DNA of 64,000 nt from the NCBI GenBank assembly GCA_028534125.1, contig CM052817.1, positions 65,908,001-65,972,000 on the forward strand, in the 5' to 3' direction. The first letter of the stretch is position 1. Each line of letters starts with the position of its first letter. This document shows positions 41,123-55,690 of this stretch, one piece after another. Under the pieces are notes generated by a model, which did no database searches, was not told the DNA's origin, and saw nothing but the letters and a program-made list of their open reading frames with translations. The DNA comes from Lama glama (Eukaryota). The translations under genes and the position numbers were made by a program.

Positions 41123-43942
41123 CTAAGAAAAATAGAAGACAGAGAGCAAAATACTAATCTTTGGAAACTTGGAATTCAGAAAAGCAGAAGAAACCAGCAT
41201 TTTGCAATCCACCCCCCTCCCCAGCCACAGGGTACTGTGAACTGCCCCCGACCCTCTCTCTCCTGTTCTGCCTTCCTTTCTCCCCCTTCTACTCTTTACC
41301 TCTCTCTCGAATTTTCCTTCCTTCTTCCTCTGGATGCTCATTTACTACCTGCCTTCATCTCATCCTTTACTTCTCTCTTGCCTTTTTAGTTCCTACTCTT
41401 TCCTCCTTTCTCCTGGTCTCCACTCTGTCTTTCTTTCCTTCTTACTTATTTTATCCACTCAAGGTTTCGGTTACCGGTTGATGTGACTCTACCTGTGTTT
41501 CATATCTTAAGGAGAAGCTTTTATTTTAGTTTACCTTTGGGGAAATTTCTGTTACTACCTTGGTTAAACTGTGATTAGAAATCAGGATGGGGAACAAATT
41601 ACGGTGTTTATCTCTAACAATATAATTTTGACAACAGACGGCTTTCATTTTAAGAGTAGCTGCTCACTAGATGACATTTTGGATATTTATTCATTAGAAG
41701 CTACACAGGTTTCTAATTAGACTCTAAACCGACGGTAGTGTACCTTACTGGGTGCAAACCAAGAGTAGTGACAAGCAGTAAAATAGCCCCGAATTTAGCT
41801 GCTCATTCTTCAGCTCACAGTTCTAAGTTTTATACTTTTACCTGAAGTCCTCATATGAAATCCGTTTTCCAATTTTCTAGCTATAAACATTTAGCAAAGC
41901 CATATTTCAATTTAAAATGGTGCATTTAGAAGCTATGAGAATATATTAGCTGGAAATGACATTTCATCAACAATTTTATAGCACTGTCACTTTTCTTTGG
42001 TTTATCCTGATTTACCTGCAATTAAAGGGTCTTTGGTGAAGCTAGCAGATATTATGGAATCCTTGGAAAAAAGCATAAAACAGCTATGAAAACCCACTGA
42101 GAACTGATATTCTACATATTCAATGCTTTAATATTTAAAAAAAACCCATCAGGACAGGTGAATATATAATGCTGACAGCCCATCAGATTCTCTTTTTTTG
42201 AGACATAAAAGGCGATATAAATAATGGCCTTGCTACATATCTTTTTTTTTTAACTAATTCTAAAAAGAATGAAGCAATATTTCAAGTTTTCAACATCCAA
42301 TGAAAAACTTCAATAAGACAAAACCCTCTATATTTCAACCATTATGCTATCCATAAAATATTCATTGCAAACTTAGACTTGTTTAAGAGATTTAAATAAT
42401 TTATGCTTCTGGAACAATTCATACAAGAAAAATAATGCTTATCCATAAAAATACAGAATTTTTTTCTGAGAAACAAGAACTTACTATTAGGAACAGAAGA
42501 GGAGAGGAGGAGAGACTTTCTGATTAATGTGAATTCCCAGCTAGAGCTTTGGTAAAGCAACCTGAATATAGAATTTATTCTGGAAAAGTTATAAAGTGCT
42601 TTCTAAAGTTAATACCATCTACAGTAAAAACAATGATAAAATTAATTAAATAAAGTACGGTTGGTGGAAACTCTAATAGAAATATGGCAAAATGCAAACC
42701 TAGAAATTATTTTATGGCTGAGTCCAGAGCTTAATGACGAATATGAAAATTGAACCTATTATATGAAACATGCCAGAAACTAAGTCCTGGAGATAGAAAG
42801 GGATATTTTTAAAATCTACTTAATTTATGGTAAGTTGTTTACTTATTTACTTCAGGGCTCCATCAGGTTGTAGAAGAATAAACTGGGTATAAGCTATGCA
42901 GAAAGCGAACCACTCTGAACCTGAACTCCATGACTACCTTTCAGTGTCATGTCTCTCAGCACTTTAAACACCAATGCTCTGTGTGCTACAGAACACCAGA
43001 AGCAGGTGTGTAATGGTGTCTTATTAAAAAGGACACCAGCAGACAGAGCAGAACACACAAGTTTATTTAATGTACTTTTGTTTAATTTTAAAAAATAAAA
43101 ACCATGTACTTCCTTTCTAATAGGAACGTAAATAAATACAATATTATTTTTAGACTTAAACACTTGAACCTTAATGATAGAATATTAAGGTAGATTCAAT
43201 GTTTCGCTTCCCTACATACAGTTTTTCTTTAAAAACCAGTTAACTTTTAAAAGAATATTGAGCATAACCAAAGAAATAAAACATTGTCTCTTCCACTACA
43301 TGAAACTAACCCATATTACATTTTCTCAGGAAAGAGATGTTTCCACATTCAATCTAACATCTTTTTGCTGGTCAGAACAACAGAAATGGCTGATACTAAG
43401 TTAAGTAGGAAAATGCCTCTTTAGAAAAATCAACTGTTTTTCACTTAGCCACTCAATACAACCAATGGAATATCATCATTGCCTTTGTTAGATTTACCTT
43501 AAAATTTCAAGCTGTAAAAATAGTAGATTTAAAAAAAAATGATACTATGGACACGTTTTAAAGGTCAAGTTGTGATATTTCCCCAAGAGGAAAGCAGTGT
43601 TTTTTAACTGTAATATACCATGTTAACACAGTAGGTTGTTCGAAACAAGCCAAAGGGAGATGAAAAGGCATATATATTTTTTAGTCATCAAATATTTTAC
43701 ATTTCTAATGACACATGTTCCATGGTGAAACGAACCTTGAGGCTTCAGAGATGAAACCTATTCCAAGTGTTAATACATATTGCTTTCTAGATTAAAAAAA
43801 AAAGTATACAAAGAAAAGATTCATGACCACTTTAAATCACTGATTTAAAAGGATAGTTATTAATAAAGGAAAGGAAATTAATGTCTTCTATTTATTAATG
43901 AAGTACACAAAATTATTACACTTGGAAAATAACAGAACTTAC

Positions 43943-44088
43943 TTTTCTGATGTCATCTAAAGTGTTGATCTCTGGAGACAAACCACCATGTACACACAGG
44001 AATTGCTGATTCATCAGGGCAGCCAAGGGCAGGCAGTCAAAGGCATCCATGCAGGCGTCATAGACACGCTCTGAATACTTTATTTTAC
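43943..44088 (-). CDS. PPP3CA: Exon 5 (146 nt): [49 protein letters not shown]
   Basis: CVHGGLSP motif; acceptor ttttaaag|, donor AAA|gtaagt. Confidence 0.99.
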
Positions 44089-45091
44089 CTTTAAAACAGG
44101 TTAAAAACCAACTACTTACTCTTATGATTTCAGAGGTAGGATCAGTTCATTAAAATAGCCTTTTCTTTTTTAATGTTTTCTTCCCGGAATCATATTATTA
44201 GCATATAACTACACATGCAAAATTCCAAAACACAAGAAGACTTTTTAAAGTTATATATTAGCCTTTATATCTACTGTTTTTTAATTTTTTTGGTTCATCC
44301 ATATTTAAGGTTTTCAGTAACTTTTTGTGTAACGGAGGCAAGAACTTTTGCATACATGCATCACCGCTATTTATCTGCAGATGTATATCAAAAAGAAAAA
44401 AACACACAACTAGGAGACCAGCCAGAAGAAGAACATAAAATTGGCTGATTCTCCTGAATGTTCTTAGAGAAAAGCAGATGGCAAGAAATTTTCCAAAGTT
44501 GTTTCTAAATCACTGCACATTGCTTTTCCCTTATTGACTTATATCTAACGTTTTGAGAGAAGTCCCTGTGCTCCTTTGAAACAGAACTAAATGCCAGAGA
44601 GAAATTTAAGTTTCCAAGGACAATGAGGAAAATTAAGACAGGAGGGAAATGAAGTTTATATGAAGTACTCCTCACTCCTAGTACTTTTTGCTAAAGGAAG
44701 AAGTCATCTTTAATTCTGTAAAATCCATGAGTGGCTGGTAAATCTACTGGATTCAGAAAGAGAAGCACAAAGTTGAGTCTGCCTTCCACTGGTTTTTATT
44801 GAGTGATTTGAGAATAAAGAGTAGGATTATCATGAACAATAGTAATCTGGCTATTTTAAAAATAATTTAGTCACTTGTTTCTTGGGACAAATTACATCAA
44901 ATATCAATTCAAATTTTTATATCACTTTATAAAGAATTCATCATTTAAAAAGACATTCTGAATTCTCTTAACTGTCTATGTTCAGAAAGAATATGGAATG
45001 AGATAATAGAGTGTCTTTTTTTGAGTTTCTGACTTTTAAGCAATGAATCATATTGTAAGACACTCTTAGTAGGGATTAAAATGTCTATTTA

Positions 45092-45286
<195 letters not shown>

Positions 45287-47119
45287 TTATACTTAACGCG
45301 TACCTTGGCTCACATATCAGGAAGACATGAACCGAATGTGCTTTGTGACCCAAAGTCCCCAAAAGGCTAGATCTTTTTTTAAGGAAGATATTGAAAATCA
45401 AACTGAAAATATTACTTTGGTACAGAGCAAAGATTCATCTATGCTAAAGTACAAACACTGCACTGAGGATCTACACCACACGAAAACAATGGACAGCCTA
45501 CAGTTTGTTGGAAAAAGCTTGAATGAAAATAGACTAAAAATGAAAATACACTTGTGTAAACATATGAGAAGAAATGTGATGAACAATTAATAAAAAAGAC
45601 ACTTCTCTTTATAAAGCTAATTATTTTGTAAAAATCAGGTTAGAGACATGGAAGAATTAGAAAGGAAAAGGAAGACAGAATTTGGAAGCAGTCGTTGGCA
45701 AGCTCGGGCTGACATGGACTGTGACTCTGTTTTCTATTACGCTCTCTCCTTCACTAGCCTTCTTCTCTCCCATTCTCTTGTCTTTTATTTCAGTGCCTTT
45801 GGTATTGAAAGCCTTGAGCTTTTTGTTTTATACTTAATTATAATTAAACTGAAAGCCAGGGAATCTCACTACACATGCAGCTAATAGCTAGGGGAAACAT
45901 TTCATTTACCTTAAAACTCTCAAATTAATTATTTGGGTATTGAAGTTTGTATAAAGATGAGGGCAGGGTATAAGATCACCAGGCTTGGAATAAACCTACA
46001 CGGATGCAGTCTGCCTGGAGTGTGAATTAAGATAACTGGGATACTCAAGATTTAACTTCAATTGCCTTATCCTCGAATAGCACTCATTAAAAATCCACAG
46101 GGAACAGAAAAGCACACTGAAAACAAGTATGCTTTTTCATCCTGATGAAGTTTATTCTGAACGTGAAGCTAAGAAGATACAGAACCAGAAAAATATTGAG
46201 ACAAGCCTGATTCTGGTTAATAAAATCGAAAACCAAAAAGCAAACAGTATTTACAGTTTAACAATGAGCTTCCCAACATCCAGGAAAGAGCTACTAGCAG
46301 TTCATCTGTTGTGCTACCTGTGAACAATTATCATCTCTGGCAGCTCATATGATAACTTATTAAAATAAATGAGTGAAAATACTGTCTGAATGCACAGCCC
46401 AAGTTTTAAAGAAGATACTAATTATCAGAAAAAATATGCATTATTGAGCTCTTCAAGCAAGATATTATCCCCAACTATGTAATTATGATTGAATAAACAC
46501 AAATAATGGGCTGACATCAAAGTTTACATATATATATTACATTAATTAATTTTTGAATTACCTTTTTCTGATGGTTGTTAGTACCTAAAGTTCATGTGAT
46601 GGATGATATGACTATTTTTGAAAAGTTGACCAACTAGTCTTTATTGAAGGATTACAATCTGTTCAGTAGGCAGTACGTCGCTCAGTGATGCTCTCATTGC
46701 TTGTATCAGGTTATAGGTACACTTACGTGTTCTAATTAAAGGAATCTGTATTATCAAGCTTGTCTCACATTTCAGAGAAGATACTTATAAACAAACACTA
46801 ATATCAATGTGGGAACTATTCTTGATGTAAAATTTATAAGATTGCATCATATGTATATTTTGTTTATATATTATACATAAATGATATAAATTATTTAGAA
46901 TTATAAAAATATAAAATTATATATATATACACACACACACATATATACTTTTTTTTTTCCAAATAGGTTGTTAACACTGGATGTCTGATTTGGAATAGGA
47001 ATGGGTATGTGAAGTCTTTTCAAAATTATATATACTTGTTGAAATGGTTGTTATTTAATGTATACTCAGGGAGAGAATACATGTTTTGGCTACATTATAG
47101 TTACTTTTAAAAAAGTTTT

Positions 47120-47342
47120 GTTGTTTTTCATTTTTATTAAAGTATAACTTCTATCCAGTGAAGTGTACGTATCTTTAACGTACTGGTCAATGAATTTTTG
47201 CATATGTATATTCCCACGGAACCACTACCCAAATTCAGTTACATTTCAACACCCAGATGGCTCCTTAGTGCCCCCTCCCAAACAAGATCCTTTTTAAAAA
47301 ATGTAACCACCATTCTGAACTCTTCAAATTCGTTTTGTCTGT
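47120..47342 (-). mobile_element. Old L1 (L1M-type) 3' end
   Basis: ttttattaaagtataactt...gtcaatgaatttttgcatatgtata...aaccactaccca...gtaaccaccattctg. Confidence 0.8.
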
Positions 47343-47631
47343 AACAATTTATTTTAAAGCAAAGTTATAATCTCTCCAACTAAAACCTAAAATGCATTTT
47401 TTTAACTCTACTAAAATACTACCAGAGGATTCACATTCTGAGACCCATGATTTCCTTTTTTGCCAACCTGTTAAAGATCCTGTTTTAATCAGAAAGGATC
47501 TATGATATCCTATCACACCTATTTACCTTTTAAATGATTCAATACACATTTCCTGTCCCTTACTATGTAATGGATGTAAAGCATCCTTTATGTACTGGGA
47601 ATTTAGGAAATATTAACTCCTTTCTTGTAAA

Positions 47632-47815
47632 TAAGAAGGAAGGCAGGCAGAAAGGGGGGGGGCATGGAGAGAGATTGGGGGAAGAGAAAAAAAGAGAAAG
47701 AGAGAGAAGAGAGTGGGAGAGAGAAAGGAAGGAAGGGGGGAGAGGAGGAATAAAGGGGTAAGGAGGAGAAGAAGAGAAAATAAAAGAATAGGAGGAAGGA
47801 AAGATAGGACTAAAG
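47632..47815. repeat. Purine-rich (GA-rich) low-complexity tract
   Basis: About 180 bp almost free of pyrimidines on the + strand. Confidence 0.85.
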
Positions 47816-49914
47816 AAAACTCTAAATTTCTGGCTCAGAGTACCTTAAAAATAAGTCTTCTTTTCACAATTTATTTCCCTCTCCTCTGTGGCAAGAACAA
47901 AGTATCTTCCCAAACACTGAGTAAAACCTGAGTGCAGCCAATATGGAAGGAGTGGCATGGTAAATGAAAGGGCGAGGGTGGACTGGAGAGGGGAGCCCCG
48001 CCAGCCCTTGCCCTCAACATCTGGTGGGAGAGACATGCCAAGCACAACACTGTCTTGTTGGCAACTGTTTTGTCATTTAAAATTTGAACATTCCGCAGAG
48101 CTGAAGACCTTAAACAAAACTATAATCTGATATTCTTAAAAAAAAAAAGTCTTGGGTAAAAAAAAATTATGGCAGTTAATGAGCAATGAAATAAAAATTA
48201 GTTAAATAATTAGTTATTTTTGTCCATGTGGTATTGGATGGCTAATTGGAATAATATTTTCACTGGATTAACTGGTTTAGGTGGAAACAGAGTGGCCTTT
48301 TTGCCGGGTGAGATGTGAATGAGTTGCACTAGTCACTTTCAACCGGAACCTCAACTATCTTTCCAGCCCTGCTCTAAATAATTAAACAGATATTTATAAT
48401 TTAAAATTAGTTCGGTTTAGTCAGTATGAGAGATTGAGCATCCTCTATCTTCTTACTAATTTGTATCACAGACAGTTTCCTCCAATTTATCTATCTTCCC
48501 CAATGAAGCAGCACTAAGGGTATAATTTTCTTAATTAGTTTAATTGGTTCATTGATAATAGTAGTGCAATGACTTACTTTGTAATTTATGCCTTTTATTG
48601 ATGTGTATTTTTGAAAACTTGTCTCAGGGAGTAAGGAAAAGAAGGATGTAAAAGAGGAAGCAAGGAAATACATATATGTAGCTTCAGATGCACATCAAGC
48701 TGCTCACTAAAATAACTCTACATGCTGTGAAACATTCCAGTCAAAGTGCTGTCCTCAGTCACAGGACGATTTGGTGAGGGATGTGCACTGGCTGGGAAAA
48801 GATCCAAACTCCTGAAATGTCAGATGCAGCTCCTCTAAGACATCATTTGCCTGGTCTGACAAGCACACAGAGAGGCAGCCGTGGAACAGCAATGCACTAG
48901 AAAGACAATGGACTGCAGGGAGACAGCCAGACAATTTCTTCCTCCTGTCTGTGACATCGCTCTGTCACCGAACATCGCTTGCTGTACCATTCGCTTGTTT
49001 TTCTCAGGCAGAAGCATGGAACATTGCCTGACTTGCTGCAGTTCGTTCTAGTCTATGAGTTCACAGCTAATAAACACAACAACTCTTTATGCTTCAAGGT
49101 GTTTGAGGCCTGGGCTGAGATCTAGATGTGAGCACTGCACGGGAGGGGCCAGCCCTCTGAGGTCAAGGCCATGCCTTGCAGTGCAGAATGGCTAGAAAGG
49201 GGGCCTGTGGAAGCAAACAGAAGGAAACAGCTGTGAGCGCCTCTGCTTGCAGTTCTGAGTTTTTCCCTGCGTTCGCAGAGAAACACACTCAGACATGAAC
49301 ATATATAAACACATAGGCTCAAAGAGCATAATGTATCAAGGAGGTGAGTTAGCAAAACGCCATCATCAGAAAGAGGATGGGATTTGGTGTGAGACAAATT
49401 ATTACCCCAAACTAAGTTACCTCTTTCATTGCTGCTCAAAAGCTTGCTTGTTTTATTTGGGCTAACTTGGTGAGGAATGATTTCTAAACTTGGCAAAAGA
49501 AGATAGGGGAGAGGTGGGGAGGGAGCACATAAAAGGAGCTCCATGTACTGCCCAGGGCACATTTCCCAGTGCCTGTGAAGACTACAGCGGAGAGTCATTG
49601 ATTTGGTAAAAATTAAACTTAAGGCTCCTCTTGCCCAGAGGACGGCCAAAGGAGAGCACCTGCAGTGGAGCTCTGAATCATTGAGATGAACCACGAAGCC
49701 TGTTAGGGTAGTACTCATTGGAAAGCTGAGCTCTCATTTTAGAATTTTATTTAAGCCAATAGAATATTCAAAGAGAAGATTTCATATTTTAAGCTTTGAC
49801 CTTCAGATGACATAGCTGGGGGAGAGGGCTGTATGTGAGAGTCTGCGGACGCTCGAGTGAATGGAAGAGTACACCTCAGTGTCTGCATTACTGACGTGCG
49901 CAGTATTTTCCATG

Positions 49915-50140
49915 GTTTGTTTAGCGAATAAACAGCTAAGGCACGGGGTGTAGGAGAAAGAGCACAGACTCGGAATCCCGGCACTGCCATTTACTGTGTG
50001 TGTGACTCTCTAGGAGCCTTAGTTTCTGCAGGCTGAAAAAAAGAGACATTTACACATTCCTTGCAGAGCTGCAAGGGATAAATGAGATAATTTATACTAG
50101 GCAAACAATACATTTCCAGCTTGCGAACCATGTCAGCTTC
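49915..50140 (+). mobile_element. MIR SINE
   Basis: ggaatcccggcactgccatttactgtgtgtgtgact...gggataaatgagataattta. Confidence 0.75.
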
Positions 50141-51189
50141 CTTAATCCACAATAAAAAGCTCCAAAGTATTCTCAGTAAGTATAATTTACAGAAATGTCT
50201 GTTCTGTTTTAAATATGATGCCATCACTGAGCCATGCCCCAAACCCTCAAAGGTCACAGTCTAATCAAAACGGATCGTTTTTACACATGAGGCCATCACA
50301 TTGTTGTCATTTCTGTATGCATGTGGCAAGTCCCTGGGGCTGTACTCTCAGGCTCCTCGAGCTCAATTAAAGCTGTTTTTGAAGACGGGGACTCTGAAAT
50401 ATGCATCTCAGAGCTTTTAAATGTCCTGTGATACCTACATTCCTTGCGTCACCAACATTTGATTTCGCACTTCAATCCTTTGCTTGAATTGGAGAAGGTA
50501 CATATTACATAAAATACCACAACTGTCATAGTTCAAATATTTAGATTAACTGTAGACTAAAAAAAAAGTCTACTGAGGAACAAGTTAGTGGTTACTGCTT
50601 CTCAACTTCTTTTCTTTAAAGAAACAGAGTTCTAAAAAGTTCTAATTAGGGACAGTTTAAGAAATTTCAAACAGTTTAAGGTCAGAGATTCAGAAGCCTG
50701 AACTCTTCTTGTGAAAAATCAAAGTTACATAAAGATTGGGAAGATTAAAAAATAATTTTATCTAAAAACAGCTGAGGAGACAAAAGAGAAGTTCGATTGT
50801 GCCAATTGCTACTTAAGCAACATATGATTTAGTGCTTTATCTTTATTACTAAACTAATAAGAAACCATGTTATTTTTAGTCCTTGATTTGACTTTAAAAG
50901 ATGAAAAATTATTAAAAATCACAAATACTATGGTATTAAAAAAATTTCCAACATAATACTCCATCATTTGGCTGATAAAAATAATCACTCCCATCAGAAG
51001 ACTGTTGGACATTCCTTGTTTGGAAGGTGAACTTCAAGGAAAGTAGGACTTCTATTTCACTCGTCCTTCACAGGAGCATATAAATGTTAAATGATGAATT
51101 TAAGAGTCACTGAAATAATTTTTAAAAATATTTTCTTAGATTCCACATAAGCCTCATTTAAGGGAAGTGGCAGAAACTATCTCCCATTG

Positions 51190-51619
51190 CTGTTCTCTGT
51201 CTGTTGCAGTCTTTCTCAAGTCCAGCTGTGCACTGAAGTCACCTACGGCCATACCGACAAATTCTGGCCCAGGGGAAGTGATTGTTCCACTTCTTGGAAA
51301 CATCCTTAAATGAGAGGACATGTGCTTTACTTTCTCCTTTTCCTTCTAGTTGAATGTATTGTGGGGACATGAGAGCTGAAGCTGGTGTAGCTGTTTGCCT
51401 TATAAGGTTGATTTTGAAATAAGGTCACGCACATCGGATCAATAAGGCAGGGTGTGGGCCCTGGCACCATGCTGGGTGACGCCAGCCATGGTCCGCCCAA
51501 CTGTAGGCTTTAACTAGAGAGAGAAATAAACTTCTATCTTGTTCAAACCACCATTATGTCAGTTTTTTTCTTTTTCTTTTTCTCTTACTCTTGGCAGATA
51601 CTGGCCCTAATGTGATACA
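51190..51619 (+). mobile_element. Old ERVL-class LTR (LTR16/LTR33/MLT1-like)
   Basis: gagagagaaataaacttctatcttgttcaaaccac...cctaatgtgataca 3' end; ttctggcc...gaagtg U3 motif. The 5' boundary is approximate. Confidence 0.75.
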
Positions 51620-53183
51620 AAGGTCTTAACAAAATTTGTACTCAGTCACACTTCCCTGCCAAGCTGGTCAAGTTAGGCCATGAATGAGATTTACAAGGTT
51701 TACTAGTTTCTTTCTCTGTATGTTTTTCACTTTAATTTCTCTCCAAGCTAAATCTTACTTGTTCTTTGTTTCTAACCCCAGTCATGAATGCTCTCGAATT
51801 TCTCCCACTTTCCTATATCCCAATGGTAATTATTTTCTGCACCTCTTTTATTCCAAGATTTCAATAATCAGTTCAAATAATAATTGAATCCTGAATGACT
51901 ATCTATCCTAGGCTTCTGATTCTATGAAGCTTTTTATATTTCCCTACATAGATTTAGGTTTCTAGAGAGCAAGGATGTGTATTTCTTTAAATTTTCCAAA
52001 TTACAGTGCAGGTACATGTTATATGCTTGATAATACGTTATTTACTAAATGGAAGAAATACCTAAAATGTACTTTCTTTTTTTGGGCTTATATACCAACA
52101 CAATCCCCGCTCTCCCTCCAACCATTAATAATTAAGAAATATGTGCATATATTTATAGTCAAATATACATAGTCAGTGAATGGAGGTGAGTTGAATAACC
52201 AAAAATAAAGTTGGTGTAATAGTTTAAAAACAAAAGCCATTTAGGAGTGACATGTTTTTTCAACATTAAATATTCGTATAATAAATAATTATTATGATGA
52301 AAATTTAACAACCTAAAATCTCTTCTGTAAATGATCATTATGAATATGACATTGGTGTGAGACTTCAGTATATTTGATTTCTCTTTTTAATTAAGAATAA
52401 TTGTTTTCCTTTTTAATGCATTTTTCCAAGAGCATATATAATGTCAGCTACTATAGTATGAGCTCTGATTCTTTAAAATGTATTCTTATTTCAAACTTTT
52501 TTATAAATAAATATTTAATAAGTCCTTTCTATGTATGAGACACCATGTTAAGCATGGAAGAACAAACACATGAATTAAATGAGATCCTTGCCTTTATTTT
52601 GCATGTAATTTCTACTTACCTGAAGTAGATGCAGTTGGGAAGCATCTACTCAAAGGTTATCTGTTTTTTTTTTTTTTAATTAAAGCTTTTGACAAATTAC
52701 CCTAGTTAGATGACAGGTGCCAAAAAAGACAAAATACAGCAGCTGTAAGTGGACTCACACATACACACAGAAATGCAGGCAGACACACACTTGCACTTGA
52801 CTATCAATTTATAAAAATGATTGTCTCACAATTATAAGATATAACCATGCAAACACATTCCTCCTTATTTAATCAACTTTGATTAGTTCCCTCCACAGGA
52901 GACAGAATTATCTAACATAAAATATGATGCAATTTTTGTAAAAAGTTGCAAAGTACAAAAGGCGAAATCTCACTATTAGTCATTTCCTTGGCATTTCTAT
53001 GCAATATAAAGTATATAGAAATCAACTGGAAACAGAATATATAATATCCCCAAAATTGTATACTTTAAAGTTCACTGTTAAAGACTAGGGATTTGCTTGA
53101 GGCAGTAATATTTACCACTTTCATTTTGCTAAGATATTGCTGATCAATTACTGAGCAGCTAAGAAGAAAAGATGCAGACTTAC

Positions 53184-53308
53184 TTCGATACTGAAGTACC
53201 CTCTGTCAACATAGTCCCCTAAGAAGAGGTAGCGAGTGTTGGCAGGAGATCCCCCCACTTCAAAGAGCTTCATCAAGTCGAAGAATTGTCCATGGATGTC
53301 CCCACAAA
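53184..53308 (-). CDS. PPP3CA: Calcineurin A alpha exon 3 (125 nt): [42 protein letters not shown]
   Basis: Contains PPP-family metal-binding motifs GDIHG and GDYVDRG; acceptor tttcag|, donor GAA|gtaagt. Confidence 0.99.
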
Positions 53309-53519
53309 CTGAAAGGAACAAAGAAAATTCATTTTATGGTCGCATTATGTTAAGACTCTGAATTAGATAATAAAATTACAGACTTCTAGAGTCAGAAGGA
53401 ATTTAGAGTTCATCTAGCCAAAACAACAAAGTGAGACAGAGATTCCAAAGTTAACTTGTGGCAGACCTGGCTTCAGCATCCAGGTCTATAATTCACAGAT
53501 TAAGTGAAAAAATAAAGAA

Positions 53520-53730
53520 AACAATAACAATAATGGCTATTACTTGCTGTGCAATTAATAATTCTACACCAGACACTGTGCTAAGAAATTTATACACATT
53601 TTGTAATTTAATACCAACAATGTCATGGCATAGGTTTTCCTTCCACAGAGAAGAGATGAGGCAAAGAGAGGCTCAGGTATTTGACATGATCTATATTCTG
53701 AAGTCTGAATATATAGCTACTACATGTGAT
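53520..53730 (-). mobile_element. MIR SINE
   Basis: aataacaataatggctattac...ccagacactgtgctaag...acagagaagagatgaggc. Confidence 0.75.
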
Positions 53731-55459
53731 TGCCTCCTAAACAAAAAGAAATGCCGATACACAGTATAAAAACCATATTTCACTGAAATGTAACATGTCA
53801 TCAATTATAAAACACATCATTATTTTATGTACCAGTAAGAAAGAAAATAATTCCAATTAAATTTAAATTTGTGTTAAAAAAGAGCATTTTTATAAGATGT
53901 ATTCTAATACCAGATGCTAAAATTTCAAAAATAATTGTGAAATGAAAAAAATCCTGTAAAACAGTACAAAAATTACTGGAATTGAAGTTTCTTAACTTTC
54001 TCACTTCTTTTAAACCAAAATTCTTAAGAGCTACATATCTCTCTTTTTAAAAACCACATATTCAATATTTACTATTTCATTTACTACTTTTAAAGCCCTA
54101 AAAAAATAATTAACTCCATTATGGTTATGTGGCCAGGTAAGATCACCGCTAACAATGAATGATCCAGAGCTTCCACTCAGATTTGCCTAATTGAAAGATT
54201 TTTGCTGATATAACCGTCATGTTATATCTTTGATTTTTTTTATATGGCTTACATATGTGTATGTATATATACTTCATATTTTAAACAGTTTTGTGTTTGA
54301 ATGATGAGTGTGATGTGGCTGTTTCTTGAACACGAAGAGGTTCACAGAATGAATGAATCAGAGAACAAGAAATCAGGAGGCCAAGGATGCTCTCTCAATA
54401 TACTCTATGCTGCAATCACAAGCAAGGCATGGAAATGTTTTAAACTTCATTCCTTTATCTGATGAAAATTGATAGAATGGAGAATAAGTCAAAGGAATTT
54501 ATTGGTGAAAAAACTGTAAGACAACGGATGAATAAAAACGTATCCTTCCACTTTTGAAATACTATCACATTAGAAGATCGCTTACAAATAATTTTTTTTA
54601 TTCCTCAGTTGACTATTTTGCAAATGGGTCCTTATCCTGGATTAGTGAGGAATTTGGATTTTGAGAGACATACCATGTACTTTCTTGTAATATTCTAACC
54701 AAAGGGAAAGAAAGAAAGAGCAACAAGTGTCGTGGTTCAAACACTGCTGGGCACAGATGCCAGTACCCACTTTGGAGGAGACTTGCATTCCTGCATTTAG
54801 AACTGCAAAAACTGATGTAAATAAAAAAAGTAACAGAACAACTAAAAATTAAGTAGATAATAAAACAATTCTTAAAACTAACATGGGCTAGTAACAATAA
54901 AACTAATAAGAAATCCACTTAAAAGACTGAATTAGCCCATCATGCATGATCACATTTTAAAAAGGCAAGGATAAAGCTTATTAGTTAGTAAGTAATAAGA
55001 TAATTCACCTTGATTTATTCTTGGAAATTATGGTTGGTATAGCTTACTTATCACAAGTTTCTCTCAAATTGTAGTAAGTTTTACACCTGCCATGTGTATA
55101 TTTCAAAACCAGGAATCACAAATAAAGGTTTGGCTGGAAACTAAGCCTTTCTTCACATGCCCTTCATTATGTTCAGAAGTTGAAGGAAGGAATTTCAGGG
55201 AAAGAAGGTATGAAGTAGAGCGTTTAAATGTGAATGCCTGTGACCATGAATTTTTGCTGCTGGCCCTCTCTCATCTATCAGAGGAACAAGGGTCAATCAT
55301 GGGGTAAGGCTCAGGTAAAACATGAAACCAGATGATGGAGTAGGATGGAGGAGTCAAGCATTATTTGGAAATTTGTATTATAGTGGCAAATGTAATAATC
55401 ATATTTCTAGGCTACTATTAAGGAGCCCCTAAGTCAAAGTGGTAGTATCAAAGCCATTA

Positions 55460-55690
55460 GAGGCAGTGTGGCACAGCATTTAATGGCCCGGACTCTGGAG
55501 CCAGACAGTCAGGTTCCAGTGCTACTTACTACCTGAGTGACTTTGGGTAAGTTACTCAACTCCTTTGAGCCTCAACATATTCATCTATAAAATGGGGTGA
55601 CACTGGTACCTTACCTTACTGGGCTATTGTGAGACTTAAAGGTATCAATGATGTAATGGGATTAGAAGAGTTCCTGGAACCTGATATGAA
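55460..55690 (+). mobile_element. Near full-length MIR SINE
   Basis: gaggcagtgtggcacagc...ggactctggagccagac...gtgactttgggtaagttactcaac...catctataaaatgggg. Confidence 0.9.

Noticed and set aside
44089..44120. Possible U12-type intron 4 (ttttTAAC close to an AAG acceptor)
   Set aside because: The intron 4 donor is GTAAGTAT (U2-type), not GTATCCTT, and the branch lacks the TCCTTAAC consensus.
49122..49718. Longest six-frame ORF (198 aa, minus strand)
   Set aside because: No recognisable domain, Leu/Ser/Cys-rich composition typical of chance intronic ORFs, and not part of the PPP3CA frame.
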